Made by a program: the position numbers and the translations under genes
Part shown: positions 26,501-39,357 of the stretch, one piece after another
Layout: every line of letters starts with the position of its first letter
Position numbering within the stretch: position 1 is the stretch's first letter
The notes under the pieces: generated by a model
Told to the model about the DNA's origin: nothing
The model's database searches: none
Seen by the model: the letters and a program-made list of their open reading frames with translations, nothing else
Assembly: GCA_002269645.1 (NCBI GenBank)
Contig: NIVC01002976.1
Span: 1 to 64,000, forward strand
Origin: Macrostomum lignano
Taxonomy: Eukaryota
DNA: 64,000 nt
Direction: 5' to 3'

Positions 26501-29500
26501 GAGGTACTGTAGCCAATGGCGACGGGAATAGGGGAGAGTGGACCAATGGCAGCCAATGGGGAGAGAGGGCAAATAGCCAATGAAGAGAGAGACAGGATTG
26601 GGCAAAGGGAGAGAGGGGATTAGAGCTTGGACACACGGGCGCAAGTAAACAAGGGAATAAAGGGACTAAAGGAAGGGAAAAAGGCAGAGCTGGGAGTGCA
26701 AAGACCAGGGACTTAAAATGCTTAGTGCCCGAATAGGAGAGACAATGAGACAACCAGGAGAGACAAGAGAACAATGGCAGCTGGCGGAGGGACTTAAGGA
26801 ATGGGAGAAAAGTGTAACGTGCCAGAGGCAGATTGGATAGAAAGGGGCTAAATCCAGGACGCGGGAGAATCGAGAGAACAATGGGCGCAGTGCCAGGGAC
26901 TTAAGGATTGGTAGGCAGAAGCCATCAAGACGTGGAGGGAGGCGATGAAGGGGCTAAAGGCGAGGGCCCGGGGAATTAGAAGCAAGGAGAAAAGGGGAAA
27001 ACGCAGAGCGCACAAAGTGATCAATAAAAAGTAAATAGAAAAAAATGCAAAGCAGAAAAAAGTGCTCGAGGCCCTGGCATCGAGCACATAGAGCAGCTGG
27101 GAGAGACCCGTTCTTCAAATCGTATTTTGCATAAAAATACTGCTGGATGCGAGGTAGAGATGCTTTACCAATGCGCTAAAAGTTGCCATTCTTTAAGAGT
27201 GATAGTAAATTCACTCAATTTTTCCAGTGACGCAACTCACTCTAAATTTGTAGAGATTGATCACGTGTACTCAGGGGTGTACAGCGCCCCAGCTTTCTGT
27301 AATCGTCATGTATGTACACATACACTAAGCCTTCGGAGTGGAGAGAATGGAGAGCCAATCAGAAGGCAGCGAGCCAATCAGAAGAAAAATAACAAGACGA
27401 AACTAGACTGAGAGAAAACTGAGTAAACAGAGACAAGTGAAGGTAAATTAAGAAATGACTAAGAAAGTTGCGACAATGTCAAAGGAAATTTCTCCTCTCC
27501 AGTAGTTTCCTTCCTAGTCAAGTTTTTTCACATTTAGTCTCATTGCTAGCCCAGGTTATTCATATTTTCTTTCACTGGCCCTACTTACAAAAATTATACA
27601 TTTCCCCCTTTAACATAGACTTGCTAGAAACATATAATTATTGCAGGCTTATAACAACCATAATAAGCTTTTAAAAAGCAAAAAAGACGGATTTTATGTA
27701 TGACTTCGCTTTAGTCTTCTTGCAGTGCATACAGATGGCTGCGGCTGAACTCGTTGCAGGTTCCGCCATGCGTCTCGCTTGCTGGGAGTTCTCTAGGTGG
27801 CACTTCTTGTGCTTTGATATGTTTGATACACTGTCGCTGTTCAGGCAGTAAGGGCACATTTTTCTTTTGGCACCCATGCATTCTTTCTTTGGTTTCTCAG
27901 ATTTGCCAGAGTCGATACTACGTCCCCACATTTCTCACAGCGTTTCCAGTCAGCTCTCCTTGTGCGATACTTCGCTAGCTGGTGACGTTTTAGTCCTCCT
28001 TTGGTCCTGCATTTCAGACCGCATATTTCACACTTTGTGCTTGCGTCAGTCATAGGCTGGTGACAGGGTCTACGTTCATCTTCACGTCTCGCTTTCGCTT
28101 TCGCTTCTTCAAAACCTCTTAGGTACGTAACCCTGTCTCCAATCTTGCCGCTGGGTCATCCTCTCGGTCTATCGGTGCACTCCTTCTCTGATTATTTAAC
28201 ACCTCCTGCACCCGGATGAAATTTGCCGCCGTTGTCGGTGGATATGTTTTGGCGGAATCCATGTTGCATCTCCGGTAGTACATTAATTGCTTCGATATCC
28301 TCTAATCTCCTCGCCTCATGCACACCACCGTAACTGCTCGCTCCATCGGGAAGGTTGCATGTGGAGCCCATCCACTTTTGCTGCGGCATTTTTGTTACCG
28401 CATTATGGTTTTCTGTGTGCGCGTCTATGCTTGCCACCTCGTGTAGGTGTCCACAGCATCGACAAGCTCACACAGGGCTCGGCGAAGCTGAAGTCGCTCT
28501 CAGTATCTTCGTGGCAGGCCGTTTTTGCATTCGCGTTTTCTCCTTTTCCTGAAGTTCCAAACTGAACTCGTCAAGGAAAGCTGTATCTAATTCAGGCAGC
28601 TCAACACCAGGAACATCTTCAGAAGAGGGGCAGCCTTATACAGCACTTTCTCTTGCTCTGCCACCTCCAAAGAAATAATGCGAGCTTGCTTTTGATCCTC
28701 AGCCGGATTTCAATTAACACAACATTGGTTTCATGCTGTTTGATTAACCTCGAGCCGTAAATAGTTTAACCCGTCTTATACTGCAGGTTATACAAACTTC
28801 ATGCACATATGATGGCCAGCGTACCCTGAAGAGAATTAAACAAAATTTGTCTTCAATGGGACAGTGGGGAAAATCTGTCCGTCTATCCAACTCACCAGAC
28901 AATTCTATTTAATGTATATGCGCACAGGCGCAAGTGTTTACACGTTGCATGTACGTTTCAATGCGTAAGAACATTATGTTCTTACTAAAAGTAGTATAAA
29001 AAGCTGATAACATTCCCGTATATCTTCAAAGTCTGTGTTGTTGAGCATTTGCTGGGCTAAGTAGTATAAGGCTAGCAGTTCGTCAGGATAGGTAATGCAA
29101 ATCTACCCTAAAAATCGCCTCAAGCCCTTTCCTAACTGCCAAACCGCTCAGGCAGCCGGAGTTTACCCAGCTCGACCTTGAAATGTCCTTCGCCGATGAC
29201 TCGGACATTCTGCCGCTAGTCGAGGCCGCCCTCTTGGCCGCCTGGCCGACCGAGTTCAACGGCGAGCGGCTGCCACGGCCGCCCAGCCAGCCGTTCCAGC
29301 GAATCTCCTACGCCGACGCCATGCTTCGCTACGGCACAGACAAGCCCGACACCAGGTTCGGACTGACAGCACAGCGATGGACTCTGCCATCGTCGGTTAC
29401 TGTTGTCGGCTTTCGCGTCAGCGCCGACGAGCTGACCGATGGTCGACAATTGACTCTGCCGGCTGTTGATGCGCTTCGACAGGCCTTGGCTGAGTCGCCG

Positions 29501-31830
29501 CTTGCCGCCGGCTGGCAACTCAGCGATGGGAAAACTTTTCGAAATGAGACTCTCGTGGGACTGGCTGACTGCTGCGGTGTGGCTGACGACGATCTGGTGA
29601 GCGAATTTTAATATTAATAATGATAATAATTGCAGAAAGGTTGTGAGCTCCCTGGCGCAACGCCTCATTGGAACTCCTTCTCATAGATCTCATTGGAATC
29701 TCCATATAGATCTCACTGGAATCTCCCTATAGATCTCACTGGTATCTCCCTATAGATCTCTTTCGAATCCTCCTCATAAATCTTATCTAAAATCTCCCTA
29801 CAGATTTTATCTACAGTCTTTTCATATATTTCATCTAACGAGAATCTCATAGAATCTCCCCTTGTGTGTCTAGATCTAATCTCTAATCTCCGCCTTCAAT
29901 ATCTAGATCTCATCTGGAATCTCGTCATGTCCTTCCCAACTACCCCATTTTTGTCGTTGCCATTGTAATTTTGCCATTTTCCCACCTTTTGTCATATCTA
30001 GATCCACTTTTATAGCCATACCGTGCGTGAACATTTGGTGCACCCCAGTGTCTCTCGCTCATGTAATTCTGTGTCTGTTTATCACTCATAACCCTCACCT
30101 CATCACTCGGTCTATCCTCACCCCGCCACAGGTGCTGCACGGCCCAGAATCCCAGATTGGCTCGCAGGTGGCCGCCGCTCGATTGGCCCTCCACTCCGCC
30201 CTGGTTTCAACGGGTTCGCTGCCTGCCTTGGACTGGCGCGACTGGCGCCTAATCTGGGTCGACCAGTTCCCCCTGTTCGAGGCCGACAATGACTCCAATA
30301 GCCGGCTGCGCAGCTGCCATCATCCGTTCACCGCTCCGGTGCCAGAGCATCTGGATGGATTATTGTCCGGCGAGCTGCCGCCTGCCGAGGTGATCGGCCG
30401 GCACTTTGATCTGGTGTGCAACGGCTGCGAGCTGGGCGGCGGTTCGGTTCGGATTCACGATCCCCGATTGCAGAAACTGGTGCTAGAAAAAGTGATTTGC
30501 TAGCTTGGATTGTTGCTATCGGGCTTCGGTATTGGAAGTGGAGTTAGGATGCGAGATACAGATTGTGAGATTTTAAAGCAACACCGCGGAATTCAGAAAT
30601 TAAGTAATCTGAATTTTAGAAGCTAAGAAAAAGTATTTGGAATCCAGAATTGATTTAAAATCCTAAAAATAAGACTCGGAACTCAGAGAGTGAAACTCTG
30701 AACCCTAAAAATGAGACTCCGAATCCTAAAAGTGAGATTCGGGACCCTAAAATTGGGATTCATGACTCTAAAATTGAGATTCGGAACCCTAAAAGTGAGA
30801 CTCGGAACCCTAAAAGTGTGATTCGGGACCCTAAAAGTGGAATTAGGAACCCAGAAAGTGAGACTCGGAACCCTAAAAGTGAGACTCGGAATCCTAAAAG
30901 TGAGATTTGGGACCCTAAAAGTGAGATTCGGGACCCTAAACGTGAGATTCGGGACCCTAAAAGTGGGATTAGGGACCCTAAAAGTGGAATTAGGAACCCA
31001 GAAAGTGAGACTCGGAACCCTAAAAGTGAGACTCGGAACCCTAAAAGTGAGACTCGGAATCCTAAAAGTGAGATTTGGGACCCTCAAAGTGAGATTCGGG
31101 ACCCTAAACGTGAGATTCGGGACCCTAAAAGTGGGATTCGGAACCCTAAAAGTGAGATTCGGGACCCTAAAAGTGGGATTCGGAACCCTAAAAATGAGAT
31201 TCGGAACCCTAAAAGTGAGACTCGGAATCCTAAAAGTGAGACTCGGAACCCTAAAAGTGAGATTCGGGACCCTAAAAGTGAGACTCGGAATCCTAAAAGT
31301 GGGATTCTGGACCCTAAAAGTGGGATTCGGAACCCTAAAAGTGAGACTCGGAACCCTAAAAGTGAGACTCGGAACCCTAAAAGTGAGATTCGGGACCCTA
31401 AAAGTGGGATTAGGAACCCAGAAAGTGAGATTTTGAACTCGGACAGTGAGATTCGGAAGCCCCAAAAGGTAAAATTGAGATTTTAAGGTCCAAAAAAAGA
31501 TTTGGAATAAAAAAAATCGATTTATTTACAATCTTGTTAATAGTGTCAATCGTATTACAAACCCAGGTTCTTGGCCTCGACCCGGAACCGATGCGTCACC
31601 TTATCGAGGCTCTGGGCCACGGTGCTCCTCCGCATGTTGGCATCGCTCTGGGCGTTGACCGGCTGGTGAGCCTGCTAACCGGGGCCGACTGCATTGCCGA
31701 CTGCATGGCCTTTCCCAAGACCCAAGAGGGCCGCTGCCTGCTCAGCGGGGCGCCCGCTCTTATCGATGCCAACACTTTGGATTACTACCGACTGCGGCCG
31801 GCTGCTGAACAAACTGATTGTTCTAACTAA
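17593..31830 (+). CDS. DARS2: Mitochondrial aspartyl-tRNA synthetase. Exons 17593-17817, 18352-18593, 19014-19331, 29152-29596, 30132-30491, 31567-31830
   Basis: R/S/L-rich presequence; [12 protein letters not shown]; [11 protein letters not shown]; FVELETPTL; motif 2 [25 protein letters not shown]; HHPFTAP; GGGSVRIH; motif 3 [15 protein letters not shown]; AFPKT. Intron 2 has a GC donor. Confidence 0.95.
17853..18320. repeat. ~31-bp degenerate tandem repeat (GTGTCCGAATCTTCCCGATTCCGAAATCATT) filling DARS2 intron 1
   Basis: Direct periodicity, ~15 copies. Confidence 0.9.
18755..18957. repeat. 23-bp repeat arranged as alternating A/B 46-bp dimers in DARS2 intron 2
   Basis: GTGGGTCATCAGTGACAGTTTCG alternates with GTGAGTCATCAGTCACAGTCTCA. 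Confidence 0.93.
19600..21270 (-). mobile_element. Decayed RNase H-bearing LINE (LOA/Lian-like), 5' truncated
   Basis: Minus ORF pieces: [19 protein letters not shown] (RT end), [48 protein letters not shown]. Confidence 0.85.
22000..22940 (-). mobile_element. CMC (EnSpm/Mirage-like) DDE transposase relic
   Basis: [62 protein letters not shown]. Confidence 0.8.
23137..24250 (-). mobile_element. Non-LTR retrotransposon RT fragment (I/Ingi-like)
   Basis: [42 protein letters not shown]; frameshifted. Confidence 0.85.
24420..25209 (-). mobile_element. LTR (24574-25209) followed by a tRNA-His-like PBS (24553-24570) and a putative gag start
   Basis: Minus strand begins TGTAGTAG and ends CACAACA, then TGCTGCCGTGATCAGGAT (14/18 match to the His PBS TGGTGCCGTGACTCGGAT), then ATG of [11 protein letters not shown] at ~24422. 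Confidence 0.55.
25790..26260 (-). mobile_element. C-terminal fragment of a Transib/Chapaev-type DDE transposase
   Basis: Across frameshifts reads [61 protein letters not shown], matching K.H....H.....L...G..SEQ..E..H. Confidence 0.6.
26385..26425 (-). ncRNA. Minimal type I hammerhead ribozyme (Penelope-type)
   Basis: Minus strand UGCUC-CUGAAGA-A-GGUU(guuua)AACC-GAAA-CGCG-UU/GAGCA: 5-bp stem I, intact core, 4-bp stem II, palindromic stem III (ACGCGU); predicted cut between 26390 and 26389. Confidence 0.8.
27660..28450 (-). mobile_element. Internally deleted RTE-like LINE fragment with C-terminal C2H2 fingers
   Basis: [15 protein letters not shown] (RT start) joined to [27 protein letters not shown]. 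Confidence 0.6.
30680..31470. repeat. 21-bp tandem repeat (GAACCCTAAAAGTGAGACTCG), ~37 copies, DARS2 intron 5
   Basis: Direct periodicity. Confidence 0.97.
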
Positions 31831-31834
31831 TAGG

Positions 31835-32400
31835 TGTTTTATTGCCCTGGGTAAAGAGGTGGGGTGGTTGTGCGGCAGTGTTTTATTGCCCTGGGTAAAG
31901 AGGTGGGGTGGTTGTGCGGCAGTGTTTTATTGTCCTGGATAAAGAAGTGGGGTGGTTGTGCGGCAGTGTTTTATTGTCCTGGATAAAGAAGTGGGGTGGT
32001 TGTGCGGCCAGTGTTTTATTGTCCTGGATAAAGAAGTGGGGTGGTTGTGCGGCCAGTGTTTTATTGTCCTGGATAAAGAAATGGGGTGGTTGTGCGGCCA
32101 GTGTTTTATTGTCCTGGATAAAGAAGTGGGGTGGTTGTGCGACAGTGTCTTATTGTCCTGGATAAAGAAGTGGGGTGGTTGTGCGGCCAGTGTTTTATTG
32201 TCCTGGATAAAGAAGTGGGGTGGTTGTGCGGCAGTGTTTTATTGTCCTGGATAAAGAAGTGGGGTGGTTGTGCGGCAGTGTTTTATTGTCCTGGATAAAG
32301 AAGTGGGGTGGTTGTGCGGCAGTGTTTTATTGTCCTGGATAAAGAAGTGGGGTGGTTGTGCGGCAGTGTTTTATTTTCCTTGGTCAAGAGGTGGGGTGGG
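31835..32400. repeat. 44/45-bp tandem repeat starting just after the DARS2 stop, ~13 copies
   Basis: GCAGTGTTTTATTGTCCTGGATAAAGAAGTGGGGTGGTTGTGCG units. Confidence 0.96.
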
Positions 32401-35024
32401 TGTTTTAAAGTGCTTAATCGCTTCAGTTGATAAACTGATATGGCAATATCAATCCCTCTTAATGTGAAACCAAAAATTAGTGCTTGGTCTGTAATTGACT
32501 CTATCATGATTTGGAAGTTATCTTATTGATCCTAAAGCAACACACTCTACTGTCTACTCTCTAGTAGTAATCGGCTCCGGCTTCTCGAAAGTAGTTTTTT
32601 AGTTGGCGTTTATTTTGCATATAATACAATGAAATAGAGAAACTTTTGCTATTCAAAACTCTTGCATTTCAGTTGTTGCCTTATTCTCCTTGTGTTTTCT
32701 TGCTTAATTTCTTTGACTTTAGTCAGTGGTGCATTACGGTTAGGTATAGGCTACCTGTCCTCCTTACCTACCAATCAATCTTGGCCGAATGGGCAAATGT
32801 GGAGGGACAGCGCGCTTGTTGATTATTTATGGTCTGTTAACTGGGGTTAGACTGGATGACTAATATGCAGCCAGGAACCACAGCCTGGCCAGGGACTTTT
32901 CGGATTTATCTAGTGTCTGGAATGGAATAAAGGCAAAACTGGCCAGATATTGACTTTAGTGATCCTTGGCGTCAGTAACTAATGATGATGAAAAACTCCT
33001 GTTAGTGGTTAGGCCTTAGTGCAACTTGTTTCACGGAGCGGCAGGGACGGAAATTCGAGTGAAATAGATTCGATACTTTTTTCTCTTTGGAAATTTCGCT
33101 TTCATGTTTTATTTTAACTAGCTGCCGGAGCAGTAGGTTCTGCATTAACAACAGGGAATTCAGGCCATTTTAACTCTACATAATAGCAGCAGGGTGTCCA
33201 TAGTCGCCCGGTAATACCGGCTGAAGTTGCCGACGCTGTCAGGATGATGACTGATTGCTTGGGAGGCATGTTGAGGAGGCAGTCACCTGGTGCCACCTGT
33301 TGAAGGTCCAGGAGCTCCGCCTAGCACTCATGGGAAAAATATTCGACTATCGGCAGAATCCTTGAGTATCTTAACGATCCGAACGGGTGGCTACTTGATT
33401 CTCTGCGTTGCTCCGTTCCTTGCAATGTCCTTGCAGTCGTTTCCCATCTTGCAAAAGAAACATTTTGCAATACGACACGACGCTGTTATTTAATTTCCGG
33501 GTCTAGGTATTTTGGAATAATTTTCGATAGTTTAATTAGCACATTAATTAGCACAGTTATTGTGTCGTTCTCAAAGCCATCTCAATAGATCTGTGTGCGC
33601 TGTGCTGTTACGTAACTTGGATTGCTTAATTTTGTTTGGCTAGCTAGTAGTATATAGTAGGCATTGCTATGCTCTAGCCGCTAATCCCTGCTATTTGTCC
33701 TTCTGCAATTGCTTTACATGAGATACTCGCGGCGGCGGCGGTTCCCCGTATCAGTTTTTATCTCTTATCTCCCATATCTGAAGGCAGGCCACTGCAGGCC
33801 CTGATGCATATTTAATTGCGGCTCGGACCAGGCAATCTGGCGAGATCAGGAAAGGATCGCCACCGATCTGCGCTTCCCATTCTGTCCCGACAAAAAATAT
33901 GCATATGCCCGTTGCATGTTTTGCGCTTGGTGTCCCGCCATCTGCTCATGTCTGCGTATGGCAATTTTACGAGCTAATTGAGAATCAGGCATACATGTTG
34001 CTGTGCGTGATTCTAATGACCTCTGGTGACCCCTCATTACATTTTTGGCTAAGGCCGAGCGAGCCGAGCCTGTACAAGTTTTTCCGTCGTATATAAAGGG
34101 GTGCTTCATCTTTGAAGCTGATGCGGTGTTCTTTTTTGCGGATGGCAACTTTTATAACACCCAATATAGGCTGCGCAATCCTAACAAGGTGTGGAATTTT
34201 TCAAGTAACTGATCGCCATTCCACACGCCCGGCCAAAATGCGCAGTTAAGAGTTTCGCCCTTCTCCTCTCTCACCTCGGGAGGATTCGGCAAGCCGCTCC
34301 TTCATCGCGTAATTCGATGAACTTTCTCTAATCTAAAGGGTAATACACGGGGTGTGGGGAGAATTGCTTTCAACGCCAAGCTGCAGAACCGACATCAGCT
34401 TAAGGTGTCTGTCTACCTGTGGGCTACTACGCAATGGTCAGTGCCAAGCAGTGCAACCCTAACCCCAACGGCCCGATGCAAAAGAACATTGATTCTTTCC
34501 GCGGTGAAATCTCTCTGCTTACATCTCCCTCTCTCTCTCCTGCTCGCGTGCAGCCCTCAATCTTTCGGGGAAAATTGAAGCGAGAGCCCCGCCATGACCA
34601 CGAAAATTGGGGAGCGGAGTAGGAAAAGTGGGAAAAGAATCCCAACCATCCCCCCCCCTGCCGGGTTGCCGATGATGCCAGAGCGTGGAAATTATCAGAC
34701 TTCTAAATTGTAATCCGTTTTATCTTCTGGAGGAGCGGAAGAAAGTTTCTGCCATTTTATTTCTGCCTTTCGGCTGCGTGAATATCAAAGATGAGAGGCG
34801 CAGCGGCCCAGCTTCACCTTTCCACCGAGATTCGTCGGCAGGATCCGTTGATTCAAGGAGGGACTTTAAGGGCTGCTCGTTAAGAAGGGGCAAATGTCTT
34901 AGTAAGGTCTGTGATTGTTTCCATTTGCATATTGCATGTAACTTTATTTAGCCAATAAGCTAATTTAAAGCTAAGGGAAAAGTGTACCTGAATGTAGAAA
35001 TTTCAAGAATGCTTATAAAGCGTG

Positions 35025-35335
35025 ACATGCACTTAAACACCTGCGCGCTTGTTGATAACCATGCTTAAACACCTGCGTGCTTGTTCACAATCATGCTTAA
35101 ACACCTGCGTGCTTGTTCACAATCATGCTTAAACACTTGCGTGCTTGTTGACAATCATGCTTAAACACTTGCGTGCTTGTTGACAATCATGCTTAAACAC
35201 CTGTGTGCTTGTTCACAATCATGCTAACACACCTGCGTGCTTGTTCACAATCATGCTAACACACCTGTGTGCTTGTTCACAATCATGCTAACACACCTGC
35301 GTGCTTGTTCACAATCATGTTTATCACCTGCGCTT
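35025..35335. repeat. 32-bp tandem repeat (ACACCTGCGTGCTTGTTCACAATCATGCTTAA), ~10 copies
   Basis: Direct periodicity. Confidence 0.95.
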
Positions 35336-35799
35336 CCTAGCTTCGTGCTTCACTGAAAGATATTGAAGGCTCCGCATTCTGTGAATAAAATTTGATTCTT
35401 CAGTCTCAAAATCGTTTTTTACATGGAGTTTTCGGCCGTTCTCATTTCCGTATCAAATAAAAAACGATAATAGAAGCGTGTGCCTGGATTGGCGCACTTA
35501 TCCCGCTTGGCTTACGAGTAGGATGGGGTGCTCCCGAATGTCTGGGGAATTTGCATTGATTACAAAAATACCAGAAAAAACTAATATGGCTTGTGGGGGA
35601 GGTTAAAAACTCAGTGCAGGCCCATCGCCTCTCAGCCGGAGGCTGGCAGGAGGCAGCCAAGCAGCTTAACAGCAATAATTTTGGTCGGCTGCAGGCTGGT
35701 TCTGTGCAGGGCCGTGTAGGGAGCTGGGTGGAGAAGAGCGAGACTGCGTTTCTTATGCATCACCGCTTGGGTTGCGCGACTGCAGCTGTTGCTGCGACT

Positions 35800-35830
35800 G
35801 ACTGACTAACTAACCAACTAACTAACTAAG

Positions 35831-35908
<78 letters not shown>

Positions 35909-35922
35909 GCTAACTAACTAAT

Positions 35923-35971
<49 letters not shown>

Positions 35972-35972
35972 G

Positions 35973-36033
<61 letters not shown>

Positions 36034-36045
36034 ATAACTAACTAG

Positions 36046-36084
<39 letters not shown>

Positions 36085-36106
36085 GCTAACTAACTAACTG
36101 ACTAAT

Positions 36107-36137
<31 letters not shown>

Positions 36138-36149
36138 ATAACTAACTAG

Positions 36150-36188
<39 letters not shown>

Positions 36189-36325
36189 GCTAACTAACTA
36201 ACTAGCTAACTAACTAACTAACTAACTAGCTAGCTAACTAACTAACTAACTAGCTAACTAGCTAGCTAACTAACTAACTAACTAACTAACTAAATAACTA
36301 ACTAGCTAACTAACTAACTAACTAG

Positions 36326-36376
<51 letters not shown>

Positions 36377-36377
36377 G

Positions 36378-36416
<39 letters not shown>

Positions 36417-36492
36417 GCTAACTAACTAACTAGCTAACTAACTAATTGACTAACTAACTAACTAACTAACTAACTAGCTAACTAACTAACTG

Positions 36493-36552
<60 letters not shown>

Positions 36553-36689
36553 GCTAACTAACTAACTAGCTAACTAACTAACTAACTAACTAGCTAGCTA
36601 ACTAACTAACTAACTAGCTAACTAGCTAGCTAACTAACTAACTAACTAACTAACTAAATAACTAACTAGCTAACTAACTAACTAACTAG

Positions 36690-36744
<55 letters not shown>

Positions 36745-36745
36745 G

Positions 36746-36788
<43 letters not shown>

Positions 36789-36820
36789 GCTAACTAACTA
36801 ACTAGCTAACTAACTAATTG

Positions 36821-36851
<31 letters not shown>

Positions 36852-36868
36852 GACTAACTAACTAACTG

Positions 36869-36913
<45 letters not shown>

Positions 36914-36929
36914 TTAACTAACTAACTAG

Positions 36930-36976
<47 letters not shown>

Positions 36977-36977
36977 G

Positions 36978-37024
<47 letters not shown>

Positions 37025-37141
37025 GCTAACTAACTAACTAGCTAACTAACTAACTAACTAACTAGCTAGCTAACTAACTAACTAACTAGCTAACTAGCTA
37101 ACTAACTAACTAACTAGCTAACTAACTAACTAACTAACTAG

Positions 37142-37192
<51 letters not shown>

Positions 37193-37208
37193 GCTAACTA
37201 ACTAACTG

Positions 37209-37264
<56 letters not shown>

Positions 37265-37337
37265 GCTAGCTAACTAACCAACTAACTAACTAACTAACTA
37301 ACTAGCTAGCTAACTAACTAACTAACTGACTAACTAG

Positions 37338-37384
<47 letters not shown>

Positions 37385-37385
37385 G

Positions 37386-37464
<79 letters not shown>

Positions 37465-37465
37465 G

Positions 37466-37516
<51 letters not shown>

Positions 37517-37517
37517 G

Positions 37518-37575
<58 letters not shown>
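35800..37575. repeat. (CTAA)n microsatellite, ~1.8 kb, with CTAG/CTGA variants
   Basis: Direct. Confidence 0.99.
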
Positions 37576-38699
37576 GAGTGAGTGACTGACTGACTAAAAT
37601 TTTTCGAATAGCCAGCCGCTTCAATTTAGATTCACCTGACCTGACCCGATGACCTCTGCTGCACTGAAGCTGGGAATTCAAACTCCGTATCGGGTTGACC
37701 ATCTGGCGCCCTTTGAAGTTTGAGAACATTTTTGGGAAGCATTCAAAGTCCATCTTCATCCCTGGATGGAGGGTACTGAAAGAGATGAAGCAAGGAGGTT
37801 GGAGATCCCGACAAGGGAGTACCGAAAATTCTCTGTATATTCCCTAAATCCGACTAATTCTTTCTCCCCCCTCCCTCGCGGCCAGTCCCAAGGACCTGCT
37901 GGCGAGCCCTCCTCAGTCGCTGCGTACGGGAACGCGAGAGAGTTGCCGGTCCAGCCGTAAGCGAGGAGGGTTGCGGGGAGGGGGTGAATGGACAGACAGC
38001 CGATGAGTCATAAGCCACACACAACTTGCGCGGGCGAGAGGAGTGAATAAGCGCGGCAGGGGGATATTATTGGCGAGAGGAAAGGATTCCCCCCCCCCTG
38101 CCCTGCTGTAGAGACAAGAGCCTCGGATCCGCTTTGATACGAAGAGATTCCCCTCCTTCTGCCCTCCTCCTCCCCCTCAAAAGCAGAGTTGCTGTTCCTC
38201 GACCCTGCAAATTCTATCGCAATTTGGAGGGGGAGCGCCAAGTCCAGGCAAAGGAACAAGCCTTGGCTTCCAGAATCTTTGCTCCGGCAAGTGGCAAGGA
38301 CTGGCCCGGTTCTCGCAAGACGTAACCGCTGTCGGAGGCAATTAAGGCCAATTAAAAAAAAATTCTACTGCGAAGCATTCCAGGTAAGGCCGGTTATTTC
38401 TCTGATTCCGAGCTGTTGCAGAATGTGTTTGGGGTGCAACATTTCAGACCTATCAACATTCAGGCCTTCTCATTCGCAGGCTCTCTCTCTCTCTTTCCAG
38501 AGGCTACAAGAAGAAGAACTGCAGACAGACGGCGGAGACAAAACGAGAGTGAAAGAGGGACTGCAGTCTGCGTCAGATCCAGCAACTGGGCCACATGCCT
38601 CTCAGCCGAAACAAGGCAGAGTTTTAGCTGCATGTTTGCGCTGGAACTGGCCCAAGCTCACAGCAACCACAGCTAAAGCTTCAACAGTCGAATTAAGCC

Positions 38700-39322
38700 A
38701 TGCTGGAACGACTCAGGCAGTTCCGCGACCGGGACAAAACTCGGGACAGCAGCGGCAGCCGCTGCAGCACCGCCGGTGCCAAGGAGAAGGCGTCGGCAGC
38801 CAAGACTGTCGAGGCCAAGCAACCTCAGACCGTCAGCTCCTGCGGCGAGAGTCGAGCTCAAGCCGCCGAGACAAAAACTTCAACAGCGTCGACTGTAAAA
38901 ACGGTGACAGACGCTGGCGGCTACCAGCTGTCCGAGCAGCTGCGGCAGCGAATCCAGCGTCGGGTTCAGTTCTCGCCAGGTTGCGCAGGCGACAGCGGCT
39001 CGGCCGGCAGCACCGATGATCGGTACTCGCAGCTGCTGAGCAAGCTGGAGCGGCGCCAGCGGCTAGCGGCCACGTCCGGTCAGCATCAGCAGCGACGCTA
39101 CGATGGAGGCAGCGACGGCGCCGGCAGTCCGTACTCGCGGCTGCGACTGCTCGGCGGTCAGGGCTGGTGCGGCGGGCCGTCCGACTCCGCGGACGAAGCG
39201 ACTCGAAACGGCGGCAGCAGAGGCGATCGGCACCGCGGAGGTTACGCGTCAGACGGTTACAGCAGCGAGTCTGGGGTGTACTATGGTGTGCTGCCCAGCT
39301 TGGCCAAGTCCTCGCTGTTGCA

Positions 39323-39357
<35 letters not shown>

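Noticed and set aside
27095-27122. Second hammerhead-like start (TTGAAGA-a-cggg-tctct-ccc) on the minus strand
   Set aside because: C3 is missing and there is no GAAA after the stem.
30680-31470. CCCTAAA (plant-type telomere motif) in the 21-bp array
   Set aside because: One motif per 21-bp unit within other sequence, not a telomeric tract.
34419-34503. Possible upstream NAV coding exon (MVSAKQCNPNPNGPMQKNIDSFR)
   Set aside because: Weak GTGAAA donor, no recognisable homology, and no in-frame link to the NAV ATG was established.
38189-39019. 276-aa ORF overlapping the NAV start
   Set aside because: It crosses a clear intron (donor 38384, acceptor 38500) and is an alternative frame of GC-rich sequence with no recognisable domain.
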